64,000 nucleotides of DNA. Origin: Cycas panzhihuaensis (lineage: Eukaryota; Plantae; Cycadophyta). A program made the translations under genes and the position numbers. The notes under the pieces were generated by a model. It had not been told where the DNA came from. It worked only from the letters and a program-made list of their open reading frames with translations, and made no database searches. Location of the stretch: NCBI GenBank assembly GCA_023213395.1, contig CM041465.1, positions 9,238,001 through 9,302,000 on the forward strand, written 5' to 3'. Shown one piece after another: positions 12,381 to 25,174 of the stretch (its first letter is position 1; each line of letters starts with the position of its first letter).

Positions 12381-12996
12381 CCTCATGGGTTAGTTACTTT
12401 TCTTATCCACTGTATACACTTGTTTCTTAGTTTCCTAGAAAGAAGTGAACATATACATCTATTTTGTTGAATATATTTAATAATTTTTATAATGATAATA
12501 TCACAAGATGGACATGTATAAACAAAAGGAAAATAGCTTCAACGCATTTTTTAAAATATCTCATAAAAAGTCATTGTCATCTTTGTATATACCATCATCT
12601 TATTGCATAGGAGTGCACTTTAAATTTAATTGAAAAAAAAAAAGTGAGAAATACCTTACATAACAAAAAGTGGTAGGGAAGGTGGAACAAGCAAAGAGAT
12701 CACATGGTATATTTCCATTATACTTAATCATGCTTAAACAACTTAGTCAATTATTATAGTGGGCTTAAAATGTTATTATAAAGATGTTTAAAGTTTAGTT
12801 ACTATATTACAATGCATATTGTTATAAGCTCTTTACCGAATTAACTCCCTAAATGAATGTAGAGAGGAAGGCTCAAGGGAAGTCTAATTGTGTCTTATGG
12901 CCCTCAATGGGAAAGATATCAAATCATGGAGGAGTCATTCTCCAATAAACTTAATCAACCACAAGTAAATGTTGGTGGTTAGAGTCCTTAAGAGTG

Positions 12997-13200
12997 TGAG
13001 CCAATTCAACAAGGGTGGGGTAAGCAAAGTCCTTAAGAAGTCCAAGTAACCATAGAAGGTAAATTGAAAAGTACTATTAAGATCATTGAGGAAAGTAATT
13101 ATGAGCCAATTCAATAGGAGTGGGTTAAGCGAACTCCTTAAGAAGCTTATGTAATAGTAGAAGGTAAAATTAAGAATGTTATTTAGATGGTCAAAGAAGA
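12997..13200 (+). repeat. Diverged 105-bp tandem repeat (2 copies)
   Basis: TGAGCCAATTCAA...CCTTAAGAAG...TAGAAGGTAAA recurs at 12997 and 13102. Confidence 0.8.
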
Positions 13201-13957
13201 TTTGATGATGAAACAGATTAAGCTCAAAAAAAATAAAGGCAAAGTGGCCTAATAAGATTAAACTTTGACCGATAGTGCTTAATATGTTCAAGTTAGAGAA
13301 GCCTTAAGCTATAATGATAAGTTGATGAACTCCTTGAAGACCTCGAGAGAAACTGTAAGTTGTTTTTACAAAATCCCTTTCTCATACCTCTATAACTATT
13401 GATTGTGGCAAATGGATTAGAAGATGTGAGGTGGTTCAGATGTAATTAGCAAGAATCGATAAACATTTAAATATGTGAGTTAATAAGAAGAGGAAAATAG
13501 CTTAAGAAACTTGGTTAATATAGTTGTTTATATTTATCTTTTTATGTAATTAAGAAGATTGGATATTCTTGATTTTGTAATTAGAAAGAAAAAAAAAAAC
13601 TTTGTAAAATTATTACATTGCTTATGTGTGTATTATTAGGTGGACGAGGGTAGCACATAAAATATAATACCAAGGTGTTCATTGGAAGAATAAACTATAT
13701 ACCCTATAGATACTTTGAATTTAAGGAGCATAATTTACTCCATCCTTAGTAAGCACATAATCCATTGACTCATGGACATTTATTATGTAGGTTATATCAT
13801 CATATCCTGATTACCTAAATTTTGTAATTTAATTCTTAATACAAACCTAAATAAGAGTCATAACTAATTTGCTTATAATCCATGCAAGTTCAAATTTCAC
13901 TAAGCAATTTTTTACAATTCATTTTGAACAAGGATACTTAAACTTTTCAAATATGAA

Positions 13958-13961
<4 letters not shown>

Positions 13962-14025
<64 letters not shown>
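13962..14025. repeat. (AG)32 microsatellite
   Basis: Perfect dinucleotide run. Confidence 0.99.
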
Positions 14026-14028
<3 letters not shown>

Positions 14029-16375
14029 TTAATAAGGATTACTCGAGATATGATTTTAATACATGCTTTTTTAGCTCCTCCCAAGGCAAATGAGGTGAGT
14101 CTTATCTTAAATTATATAATCAATAATTAAGATGAGAATTAGGGTTGATATTTGGCCATTACACCATAATTTAGGGAATTATTTGAGTTAAAATCTTATA
14201 ATTTAAAAATATTCCAATTATATCTAATAAAAACACTTATCAAATGGTGTCATTTTAATATTATAAGTAGTTAGCATTAAGTTATGAAGCCTGATAGGCT
14301 TAGTGTTTAAAAATTAGGATTTGACTGCTTAATTACCATGTAATGCCAAGATTTATAGCATAAACTAAAACTTACATGCTTTGGCCATCTACAATTCAAT
14401 TTTTCATTAAGGAAACTGTAATTTATAATTGAGCAAAGCACATACACTTTATAAAAATGGAAAGTGGGCTTAATTAATTTGAATATCATAACTTAAGTAG
14501 AATACACCATCTGAGACCACATGCAACATCTTAGTTAAGTATATATTAGAAATGGTGTAAGACATAGTTATCCATTTTAAGAGAAAATTTGCTTGGAAAT
14601 TGAAATATACATCTCTTTCTCTCTCTTATAAAGTAATAATTATATATTATGCTTCTATGGGCCTTTTGTTTAGGGTGAAAAAATAATGGAATTTATTAGT
14701 ATTATATGGAGAACTCATATATAGGTAAGAAAGTGTAGTGACTCTTTTTTTAATACTTCATTCAGTACTTTTTTTAAAAGTTATATGCATTTCTTACATG
14801 GTTCACATGAGAAAATATTTCCCACCTATATTACAGTGTAATGCATTAAAATTTTAAAATGAATGCTTGTAAAAAATAAAGGATGATATCACTTTAATAA
14901 AAACTAGTGACAATAAAAGTCACTTTAAGAAATAATAATATAATCTATTACTTTTATTTTTACTTTAAATTATTATGCGTATTATTAATGAAAAAGCTAA
15001 TCCTAATTTAATTGCCCTGAAATCTATAGACATGGGAAGATCAAATTTTCCCTAACACCTTAAAATAAAATTAAGGAAGAGATAAATAAAGGTAAAATTT
15101 TAAATTGAAAAAAAAAAAAGGAATAAAGTTCAACCTAACTTAGTTCAAAACCTAAAGTTTAAAGTCCCTACTCCTAAGTTCTTGTAGTGGATCTAAAATG
15201 TATATACAATCTTAATCAACTTTATAAATAACCAATAAACAATAAATAAGTAATAATAAATTCTTAACAGTAATCAAGTTAATGAAAGGCAATGTCTACT
15301 TCTCTTATAGATGTATCCTTTCATATACATCTAATACATACACTATTCTTTATAACATTTCTGATCATTCAATTTATCAATTCAACATTTATCTTCAAAT
15401 TATTTCACCCTCATACTAATAGCCTTAGGTTTATAAGTGTTAACCATTATGGGTTACCCCACTTAATATTAAGATCAAGTTCTTTACACTTAGGGGGGAT
15501 TTAAAAAAGAGGATAAAAGGAAAAAGCATCATTCACTATTCAACCTTCCAAATCCATTTCCACTTATTATTTCATTTTCTATGCCACTCATCTCCTATAT
15601 TATGCCTATCATATTATACCTCAGTTGCTATCTCATTTTATATCTACCCCTCTTTATTTACATTTATTAACAATATTAGTATTATAGTAATAACTATTCA
15701 ATAATTGCTAATATTGTATTATCTGCTTAGTATATATTATATATTTCATTGTATATTTGACATTTTGTATTTGATGATTATGGTCATATGTAATTACCTC
15801 TTCAATGTAAAATAAGAGCCTAGTAAAATGCCCTATTAAGTATGGTGGTGCACCTTTACATATTTTATGTTTTGCATTATGATGTTATGTAGTTCCATAT
15901 CTTAGGGCCAACCACCTATTAGATTTACGTGAAAAGGAAACTAATGGTAAGATGTCTCAAGCGTGGACCTTTCAACTAATCTCTACGAAGAGGCCTCTTT
16001 ACTTGTGTGCTTAAGTGAGAATAAGTAAATTAAAATAATCTTGTAAATTTAACTTCTTCACATACGTACAATAAAATCAAACCAAAATTCGATCAAGTAT
16101 AACCAATCAAATCAATCAAATAAGTCCAACAAAAGCCTTCTTAACTTCAAAGAGGTCACAAACAACCTTCCAATAGGTGAAAGGATTGTTAGGTGTCCTT
16201 ACCCTAAAGTAAATATCGTAGGCTTTCTATATTTTCACTTAAAAAAGCCTTCCTATGGATAAAACTCTAACCTAGACCTTCATTCCCATCTAAAAAGGAG
16301 TAATCTACGTCATACTAGCTATAGATTAGAAGAACTAATGAGTATGGGGACTTAGGAGAGCTCAAATCTTAGATT

Positions 16376-16724
16376 TGTTGGAAATAATCCTAATGCTACT
16401 AAAAGACATGTGCGCCTAGGGCCCCTCAAAGCCACCTTTGAGGTTCCCTAGGGCACCTTGAGCCTCCCAATAGCCACCAGGAGCTGAAACCACTTTATTA
16501 AGGTACGCGTTTACATTTATTATTGTTAATTTTTTAACATATTTTGAATTATACATCGGCTAACGTGCAGGTAGGGTGATGGCGCTTATGGCCTCCCCAA
16601 AAACTCTATTTGAAAGGTGGGAATGCCTCCTTGGTGTTTTTTAACACTACCAACAATTAGAAATCACCTATTTTCTCAAAATACACTCGATCTAACGTCT
16701 TACTTTACTCCTCTGAATCTATCA
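16376..16724 (+). repeat. 5' LTR of element C
   Basis: TG...CA, followed by TT + PBS; direct repeat of 24826-25174. Confidence 0.96.
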
Positions 16725-19700
16725 TTTGGTATCAGAGCCAAAGAGGTGTTTGATATTTGTTTATGCTGATCTAGCTTCTTATACATCTGGCAAAATAGTT
16801 GCATATGATTACTAGTTAGAATCCTAACAATCTCACCTGTCTACTAGAGAAGATGGTTTGGAGTTTCGACCACTATGTAAGATGTTCTCACGCTTTGAAG
16901 TCAGTACTGCAAACCTGTCACAATGACTTTACCAGGTTCTTCGTGTTTTTTTTATACAAATATATATTTGTCATTTATTTGATGTATCTTTGTGAATATA
17001 TTTTAAAAAATATTTGGTTTATTTGAAGTATTTGTGTAATAAAAAAAAATAAAAGTGTAGATCCTCGTTGAAAGACCTATACTCATATAGATCACGTTTT
17101 TTCTCCCACCTTACTTTCTGGTGCTTCTGCATTCTCTTAGATTCACAGTTGATCCACGTTGTTCCTCTTCTATTCATCGTAATTTCGCCCTCTGGTTCCA
17201 CGAGCCTTCTGTGCTTAGATTGTGCTTGGACTCAGTTGTCTCTCCTAACATTTTTTTATTATTCAGATACAAATATATAGATATATTTCTTATTTATTTG
17301 TTATTACTTCTTCAATATATTCATAAGATTTGGAATCATCTACTGTATTTACGCGCTCTCTGCATTCTCTGTTTGTGTGGTGTTCCATTCGTGGCATCCC
17401 TTTATCTGCGTAACATCTCCCAGGCTTTTTGTTGGCTCTAGCTCTCTGTGGCTTGTCCCTCTTTAGATCTCCCCCCTTCCATAGTCCTCAACTACACTCG
17501 TTTACACTAATTTTTTCTCGGTTATGCTTTTGATAATCAATTTGGATCCAATTCGAATGGCTGCTCAATGGCATAGTTAGATTTTAACATTCCCGGAAGC
17601 TTTTGGAAGAAATCATTCCTTGCGATGCATAAGGAGCCTTTGCTCGTACAGGCCCTACTTTCGTTCGGCACTACATCGATATGTATTGTATTTGCACTAT
17701 GGCTACCTTGCAGTAACAGAGTCCTCGATTCTTCTTTCGAACCTCAAAACAGAAATGTTCCTTCTCTTATCTTCTTTTTGTGAAGTACCAAAAATATTGT
17801 CGCTGGTTACACCGTCAAAGCACAAACTTTTTTACTAATTTTAGCAGTCCTGCTCTTCGCCTCTTCTTACAGCCAAGTCACATAACCCCAGTCTATTCCT
17901 TGCAGCCAGTTGGGCATGCTTCCTATGAGTTCGATGTTTTATTCAGTAACATTCCCTATGAGTCATAAGCTGAGATATGCCACAAGTATTCCAACTGCGG
18001 TCCAAGAAGGAAATGCCAATAGAGGGCAAGCTTGTATAGCTGCAACGAGCCATCCTGCATCAATTTCTTATGCTCTATATGATGTGAAAATAAGCTAAGG
18101 AGAGCATTCTACATGTTCTTCGTTATTAGCATGAATCTAGCCAAGTGGTAGTTCACTCTAGGTGCCCAAGATTATGATAGTGATTTATATTTGTTTTGTT
18201 TGAAACCCTATCAGAAGGATTATTATTACTCTTCTTCAGCTGTTCGTTTATGTGAATTGAGCAATTTGACTATGATATCTTATACATCTTTCTTAATTAA
18301 TCGAGAAGCATACATGGTTTGTTCCTGTGCAGAAGCCTCGTGTTCTTAAGCACATACGACGAATACTACCATCGATTTGAACTTTTTAACAATAGCATAG
18401 TCGAAAAGATAAGAGCCGTCATCTTTTCTCCTTTTTTGGTTTTATACATTATACATAAAAATATATATGTATGTTTTTTTAGTGTGCCTTACCAGGTTTA
18501 CAAAGTCTGGTCTTTGTTTATGCTCTTTTTTCGATTTCATTTTATTATATTTTTTTTGCCCCGTTTTTGCCATTTTTATATTCATAGTGGCGCTCTTTTA
18601 TTTTCACTCCATATACTTCTTTATAAAGTTTTTAAAAAATCAAAGTAAATTGTATATATTTTTTTAGATTTGGGTGTTTAAAGGGTACTAGCCCCCCTTG
18701 GCATTTAGCCCCCGGCCCTGTGTCCCTTCCTCGTGATCTTCAACTCATTATTAAAAGGGGCCTTATTCTTTAAAGTTTATTGTGTCTTTTAAACTTGATG
18801 AGTGAGTTCACCCTCTTGGCATAGGAGGGGTTTATCTTTTGCAAGGTCTTGGGTTTAATCCCTACCCAGTCTACCCTCAGGTTGATATTCTAAGGGGGTT
18901 ATCTTAAGGATATAACACTTTACCTTTTATTTATTTATTTTAATTTATTTTTAAAACATAAGGTACTTGGTTATTTTCTGCTATATCTCCTCACTAGGTC
19001 ATCGGTTTCTGACGAAACCTATCCCATTGCATCCAAAAGTTTATGAGGTATGATTTTGACTAGTCATATGCCCTATTCAGAGCTGACTTGACTTATTTTC
19101 AATCAGTTTAAAAGTCACTTATTATTTTTTAAAGCTGTTGTAAACTATTTTCACAAAATCCTTTTTTTATTATATTATATTTTATCACCGAAAGATTATT
19201 TTCTACTCGGATCTACTCTACAGTCATCTATTATCAGTAAACTTTATCACCATCTATTCATTTTAATTTTTAGGATTTATTTTAATCATTATTTTAATCG
19301 ATGAAAGTGACACTTCAATATTTTTTTAATATATTAACATAAAAGTACTTACTGCTATTTCTATTATAACTTTTCTGTTTTACATCAGAATTCAGATCCG
19401 TTAGTTTCGTTGGGAAGCTGACTCACTCCTCTTCGAACTGACACTATTATTTATAAGTTTTAAAGTGTTTTTTTACAGATTTTCAAAGCCATCAAATTTG
19501 AGGTACATAATAGCCTCTAATTTGTCATTATTGCATATTTACATATATTATTTCTCAAATTTTTTCAACTGAAAATATATTAAGCAGCTTTCTAAACTGT
19601 ATTTGATAATTTTTTTATCATTTAATAAATTTTTATGTCTTATAAGTTTGTCATTTATTCGAAAGGCATACACTTATTGAAAGTTTTTTTATTTTTTATT

Positions 19701-20013
19701 CATCATTGTTGAAATATATCACTTACTTCTTGCACTTATAAAAGTTGCATTTAGTTTATTTAATTTCCAAAGGCATCTTTCATTTATTTAAAGAGCATTG
19801 CATTTTTTTCTTTTAAAAAAGTATTTACTTTCTTATCTCTTTCAAAGTGCTTCTTATTTATTTCATCTTGCTTAGAGGTTATTATTTTGTTTTCAAGTTT
19901 TTCTTTATTATATAAAAGGAAACCTTTTTTTTCTAATCAAGACCACACTGCTAATTAATTTATTTTTCACATTAAATAAGATAATCCCAAATTGAACCAC
20001 CCTATTTTTTCAG

Positions 20014-20376
20014 CCTTGTAAAGGGAACGGTTTGGACCCCTGAAGTTACCACCTCGCACACACTAATCAACCTACTCATATTGGATGAGAACAACAATTA
20101 GTTATCAAGTGTATTCAGTAGTAGGCTGAGGTGTAGAACCTGTTCATTTTATGGTGTATGGAGACCAATGCTAGACTTAGAGAGCATGAGTGCCTTGGTT
20201 CGAGAACCTTCACCGCTAGATCTGTTGCTAAGCATAAGTCTGGCGCAGGTGAACCAACAATTCAGGGGGGTGTAAAAACTTTTTTAATAGCCCACGTATT
20301 AAGGTATATAGAGCCTAGCGCTTATGTACAAGTATATTGGGTCCCTGTTTTACCATTTATGGGTAGGCGCCACTAG
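20014..20376 (+). pseudogene. Putative terminal exon of an unknown accessory gene carried by element C
   Basis: Acceptor TTTTTTCAG at 20013. Frame PCKGNGLDP*SYHLAHT...GGVKTFLIAHVLRYIEPSAYVQVYWVPVLPFMGRRH-stop. Homologous to 62743-63104 with many synonymous differences. Confidence 0.6.
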
Positions 20377-20632
20377 ACAGAATAACAACTGAAGGTTGCC
20401 CTAGGAGAAACTTAAACTTAGAGCCTATTAGCCTTAATAGGTCCTAGTTCACTTATTCAAAACTTTAGAAAAAACCTTGGGTTATATTTGGAAGTAAATT
20501 TTTTATATTTAACCATTTTTTTCAAAATTTAAATTCAATTTTTTTTTATGTTCACATTTACCTTTTTAAAATCTCATTTGTCACATTTGATTAACACAAC
20601 TTTCTTTCAAAATAACGTTTAGCTTTAGGAAC

Positions 20633-23600
20633 ATGATTATCCCAAAATTTGGTGGAAATAATTTACTAAACTAGAGGAGGAAGATGAGACCCATCCTCAT
20701 AGCTAATGATATGTGGGACATTGTGAGAACTAGCTACAACAAATTAGGACCTAATCTATTTGATGCAAAAAAAGTTACCTATAAAGAAAATGTAAAAAAT
20801 GATAACAAAGCCTTAGCCCTTATCTTTTACACATTAGAAGATCACGTGTTCCTAAGAGTTAGTGAATTAGTTAAGTCCAAAGAAGCTTGGGACACTTTAC
20901 AACTAATTTATAAAGGAGCAGCCTCCTTTAAATTACAAAACCCAAGAAGTAAGTTTGAAAATTTACATATGATACCCCATGAATCAGTAACAGAATTTAT
21001 GACCAAAGTCCAAGATATTGTTAACCAAATGAGGTCACTTGGGGATACCCTAACTAAACAAAGGGTAGTTGAAAGGATCCTTAGATACATAGGAGCTATA
21101 AGATGTTTTGAAATAGTAGCTACTAGTATTAGTATATTAAAGGATCTAAGTACCCTCAGAGTGGAACAATTTAGTGCCATGCTCATGTCTATAGAAGAGC
21201 AGCAAAATGCAAATAAATCTTTAGAATATGCCTTTGCTACAAAGGCCCGAATTTAATCTAACTCCCAAGCAGGAACCTCAAGAGAAAAGGAATCTCCTCT
21301 AAGGAGAAAATGTGGAAATCCTAGAAAAGAAACTAGATAGGACCCTCCACAATATTAAACCCCTCACCAAAAGAGGTAAGGAGGACCGCAACAACATGAA
21401 GATCCTCCAAGAAATTTCAATCAAAGGAGACAAGTTGAGAATCATCCTTATTGTCCACATTATTAAGGGAATTCTCAACCTTCAAGATCAACTTAAGAAT
21501 ATCATAACAACTGACCAAGAAACAAGCCTCCCCAATCTTATGAGGAAAGGGGGAGATCTTTCAATATTGATTGTTCTCAACCAAGAAGTCGAAGGCTAAG
21601 TTATGGGAGAAGAGATCCATTGTATTATACTTATTGCCATAGAAATGGTCACACCGAAGATAAATATTTTTTAAAACATGGACCACCATGTAGAGGACAG
21701 GCTTCAAATTCATCAGAATGAAAGGTTAATAATAGGTTATTTCTATCCAGTTTTTCTGCTAAGGAAGAAGAGGATGATAGCTGGTATATTGATTTAGGTT
21801 ACTCAACCTACATGACCCATAAAGAACATTTATTTCAAACCTTAGATAAAAATAGAAAAGGGTTAATTATGTTTGGAGATAATACTTCTCATGAATTAGT
21901 TGGGAAATGTAACATAGTCTTGTTGACTGATATTGGTGAATATAGATACTTAGATGATGTCTTATACGTCCCTGCCCTAAGAAAGAACTTGCTATCGGTA
22001 GGACAGATGATGGGACAAGATTATAAGGTGATTTTTGATAATGACGAATGTGTCATTAAAGACAAGAGAAAAAATAAAGCTATTATTGCCAAAGGTATAA
22101 TGACTAAAGATCGTTTATTTAAACTTATCCTTACCCCTTCAGATACCTATGCCCTCAGAACTTCAACTACAATGGATAGTGATTTGTGGCATAGACGGTT
22201 TGGTCATCTTAACTACAACAGCTTGGCTCTTATGAAAAAGTTGGATATGGTTAATGGTTTACCACCTATTGATGTCAATAAAAAGTTGTGTGAGGGATGC
22301 CTTCTTGGCAAACAACATAGAGAAAGCTTTCCAGATTTTAGCCATCAAGCATCTACCCCTCTTCAACTAGTATACACAAACATTTGTGGACCGATGACTA
22401 CTCCCTCCTTAGCAGGTGCAAAGTATTTTCTCATGACTTCACAAGAAAGACATGGGTTTTCTTTCTAAAATATAAATCCAATACTTTCGACCACTTTGTT
22501 AACTTCAAAACCTTTGTTGAGTGACAAAGTGGATATCATATCCTTTCTTTAAGATCAGATAATAGAAGAGAGTTTACATCTAATTCTTTTAAGGATTATT
22601 ATATCCATGATGGGATCAGGAGACAATTTACTAACCCCTACACCCCACAACAAAATGGTGTAGTGGAAAGAAAAAATCGAACTATCATTGAAATGGCATG
22701 ATGTATGCTTAAGGATAAAAGCTTCGGCCATGGATTTTGGGCTAAAGCAGTTCATACAGTCGTCTACCTACTTAATAGATGTTCCATTAAAGCGCTTAAG
22801 TGGAAAACTCCCGAAGAAGTATGGACCAGTTATAAACCAAGTATACATCATCTCAGGGTATTTGGATGTTTAGTATATGCCCATATTCTTGATCAAAGAA
22901 GAACTAAGTTGGATGACCATAGTGTCAAATGTATCTTTATTGGTTACAATGAATCTTCTAAATCCTACAAAGTCTATGATCTGAAATCAAGAAAAGTTAT
23001 AGTAAGTAGAGATGTAAAATTTTAGGAAGACACATACTACCAAGATAATTAGGAAAAGTAGAAGGAGATTGCCATTAAATTTGACACATCAAGTAAGTCC
23101 AAATATATGCCTCCTATGCGGAGAAATATCCAAGAACCCACTAGAGAGGGAACATCATCTCAACCTCCACCACAATATCTATCCAAATGGATTCATCGCA
23201 ACCATGACTTGGGAAATATATTGGATAATAATAGAAGATTCACATGCTCTCATAGGGTCAACTTTACCCTAATGAGCAAGGTACATAAAATTCATGATCC
23301 TTAAATCTTTGATGAGGCTAATCAACATGAATGTTGGCAAAAAGCCATGAAAGAGGAATATAAGTCCATTATTAAGAATAATACTTGGGAACTCATAGAT
23401 TTACCACCAAAGAAGAAAGCTATTGGCACCAAATGGGTCTATAAGACCAAGTTCCACTCAGATGGCTCCATCGACAAATATAAAGCTAGATTGGTCATAA
23501 AAGGATATGCCCAAAGAGAAGGCATAAACTATATTGAAACATTTGTCCATGTCACTAGGATGGAATCTGTTCACATGATGATGAGTTTAGCTACCCAAAT

Positions 23601-24800
23601 AGGTTAGAAAATTTATCAAATGGATGTAAAAAGTGCTTTCTTAAATGGTTATGTCAAAGAAGACATATATGTCACTCAACCCATCAATTTTGAAGTCAGG
23701 GGGGAAGAAAACAAAGTGTACAAGTTAAAGAAGGCATTATATGGTCTAAAACAAGCACCCGGGGCTTGGTATTCTCGCATAGATAAGTATTTTAGAGATC
23801 AAGGGTTTGAGAGATCTCCAGCAGATCCAAACTTATACATCCAAATCAACGGAAATTCGATATTAATTGTAGGACTCTATATGGATGATTTAATTTATAC
23901 CGGAAACGACTCCTATCTTTTACACCAATTTAAAGATGCTATGTGTAAAGAATTTAAGATGATAGACTTAGGCCTCATGCATTACTTCCTAGGATTGGAA
24001 GTCTAGCAAGACAAACAAGGAATCTTCATCTCTCAACACAAATATATATTGGATCTACTATAAAGATTCAGAATGACAAATTGCAAACCATTGACAGTAC
24101 CAGCAGAAATTGGAATCAAACTTTCTAAGACAGATAACTCGACTTCATTTAATCCCACTCTCTATAGGCAGCCTAATATATTTGACATCTACTTGACCAA
24201 ATATAATATATTCAGACAGTGTTGTGTCTAGGTTCATGCAGGATATAAAGACGTCTCATTGGCAAGCTGCCAAAATAATCCTTCGATACATTAAAGGGAC
24301 TCCAGATTTTGGGTTATATTACAAAGCCACATCCAAATTCTAGTTAATTAGTTACACAGATTCAGATTGGGTAGGTGATGTTGATGATAGAAAGTCTACC
24401 ACGGGTTATGTATTCAGTATAGGATCAATAGCAGTAGCTTGGAGTGCAAAGAAGTAAAATACCATTTCCTTATCCACAGACGAGGCAGAGTATAAGGCTG
24501 CAGTTTCAGAAGCTTGTGAATCAATATGGCTAAGAAGACTTTTACAGGATTTTCAGATTAAATAATGAGGTCCCACTAGAATTTGGTGTGACAATCAAAG
24601 CATTATTCAAATGGCCAAAAATTCAGTATTCCATGGCAGAATAAAACATATTAAGACCCAACACCACTTCATTCGGAAACTTATATAAGTAGATGAGATA
24701 GAGTTGACTTATTACAACATTAAAGATTAGACAATAGATATTTTCACAAAGGCTTTGGGAAAGATCAAATTCGAGAAGTTTAGAGACAATTTAGGAGTCA
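20633..24800 (+). pseudogene. Disrupted copia gag-pol polyprotein of element C
   Basis: Gag (IPKFGGNN..MRPILIANDMWDIV), protease (WYIDLGYSTYMT), LWHRRFGHLN, integrase (YTPQQNGVVERKNRT), RT (MDVKSAFLNG, LYGLKQAP, LYMDD), RNase H (YTDSDWVG, DIFTKAL). Multiple stops and frameshifts. Confidence 0.95.
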
Positions 24801-24825
24801 TACACATTGGGCTTATTGGGGAGAA

Positions 24826-25174
24826 TGTTGGAAATAATCCTAATGCTACTAAAAGACCTGTGTATCTAAGGCCCCTCAAAGCCACCTTTGAGGTTCCTTA
24901 GGGCATCTTGATCCTCCCAGTAGCCACCAGGAGTTGACACCACTTTATTAAAGTACACGTTTACATTTATTATTATTAATTTTTTAATATATTTTAAATT
25001 ATACGTCGGCTAACATGTAGGTAGGGTGATGACACTTGCCGCCTCCCTAAAAACTCTACTTAAAGGGTGGGAATACCTCCCTGGTATTTTTTAACATTGC
25101 CAACAATCGAAAATCACCTGTTTTCTCAAAATGCACTTGATCTAACGTCCTGCTTTGCTCCTCTGAATCCATTA
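24826..25174 (+). repeat. 3' LTR of element C
   Basis: Follows the PPT. Terminal CA mutated to TA. Followed by TSD AGATT. Confidence 0.96.

Larger units (their letters stand above)
16376..25174 (+). mobile_element. Element C: full-length decayed Ty1/copia with ~3.9-kb extra region before gag
   Basis: 349-bp LTRs at 16376-16724 and 24826-25174 (about 44 mismatches by eye, mostly transitions). TSD AGATT (16371-16375 / 25175-25179). PBS TGGTATCAGAGC at 16727-16738. PPT at 24815-24825. Domain order gag-PR-IN-RT-RH. Confidence 0.96.

Noticed and set aside
13869-14093. ORF with an RE-repeat
   Set aside because: Translation of the (AG)n microsatellite.
20014-20376. Idea that the extra exon is a DEMETER/ROS1 C-terminal, methyltransferase or env domain, or is coded antisense
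   Set aside because: No diagnostic motifs match from memory. The antisense frame sharing third positions has stops and lacks the shared splice and stop boundaries.
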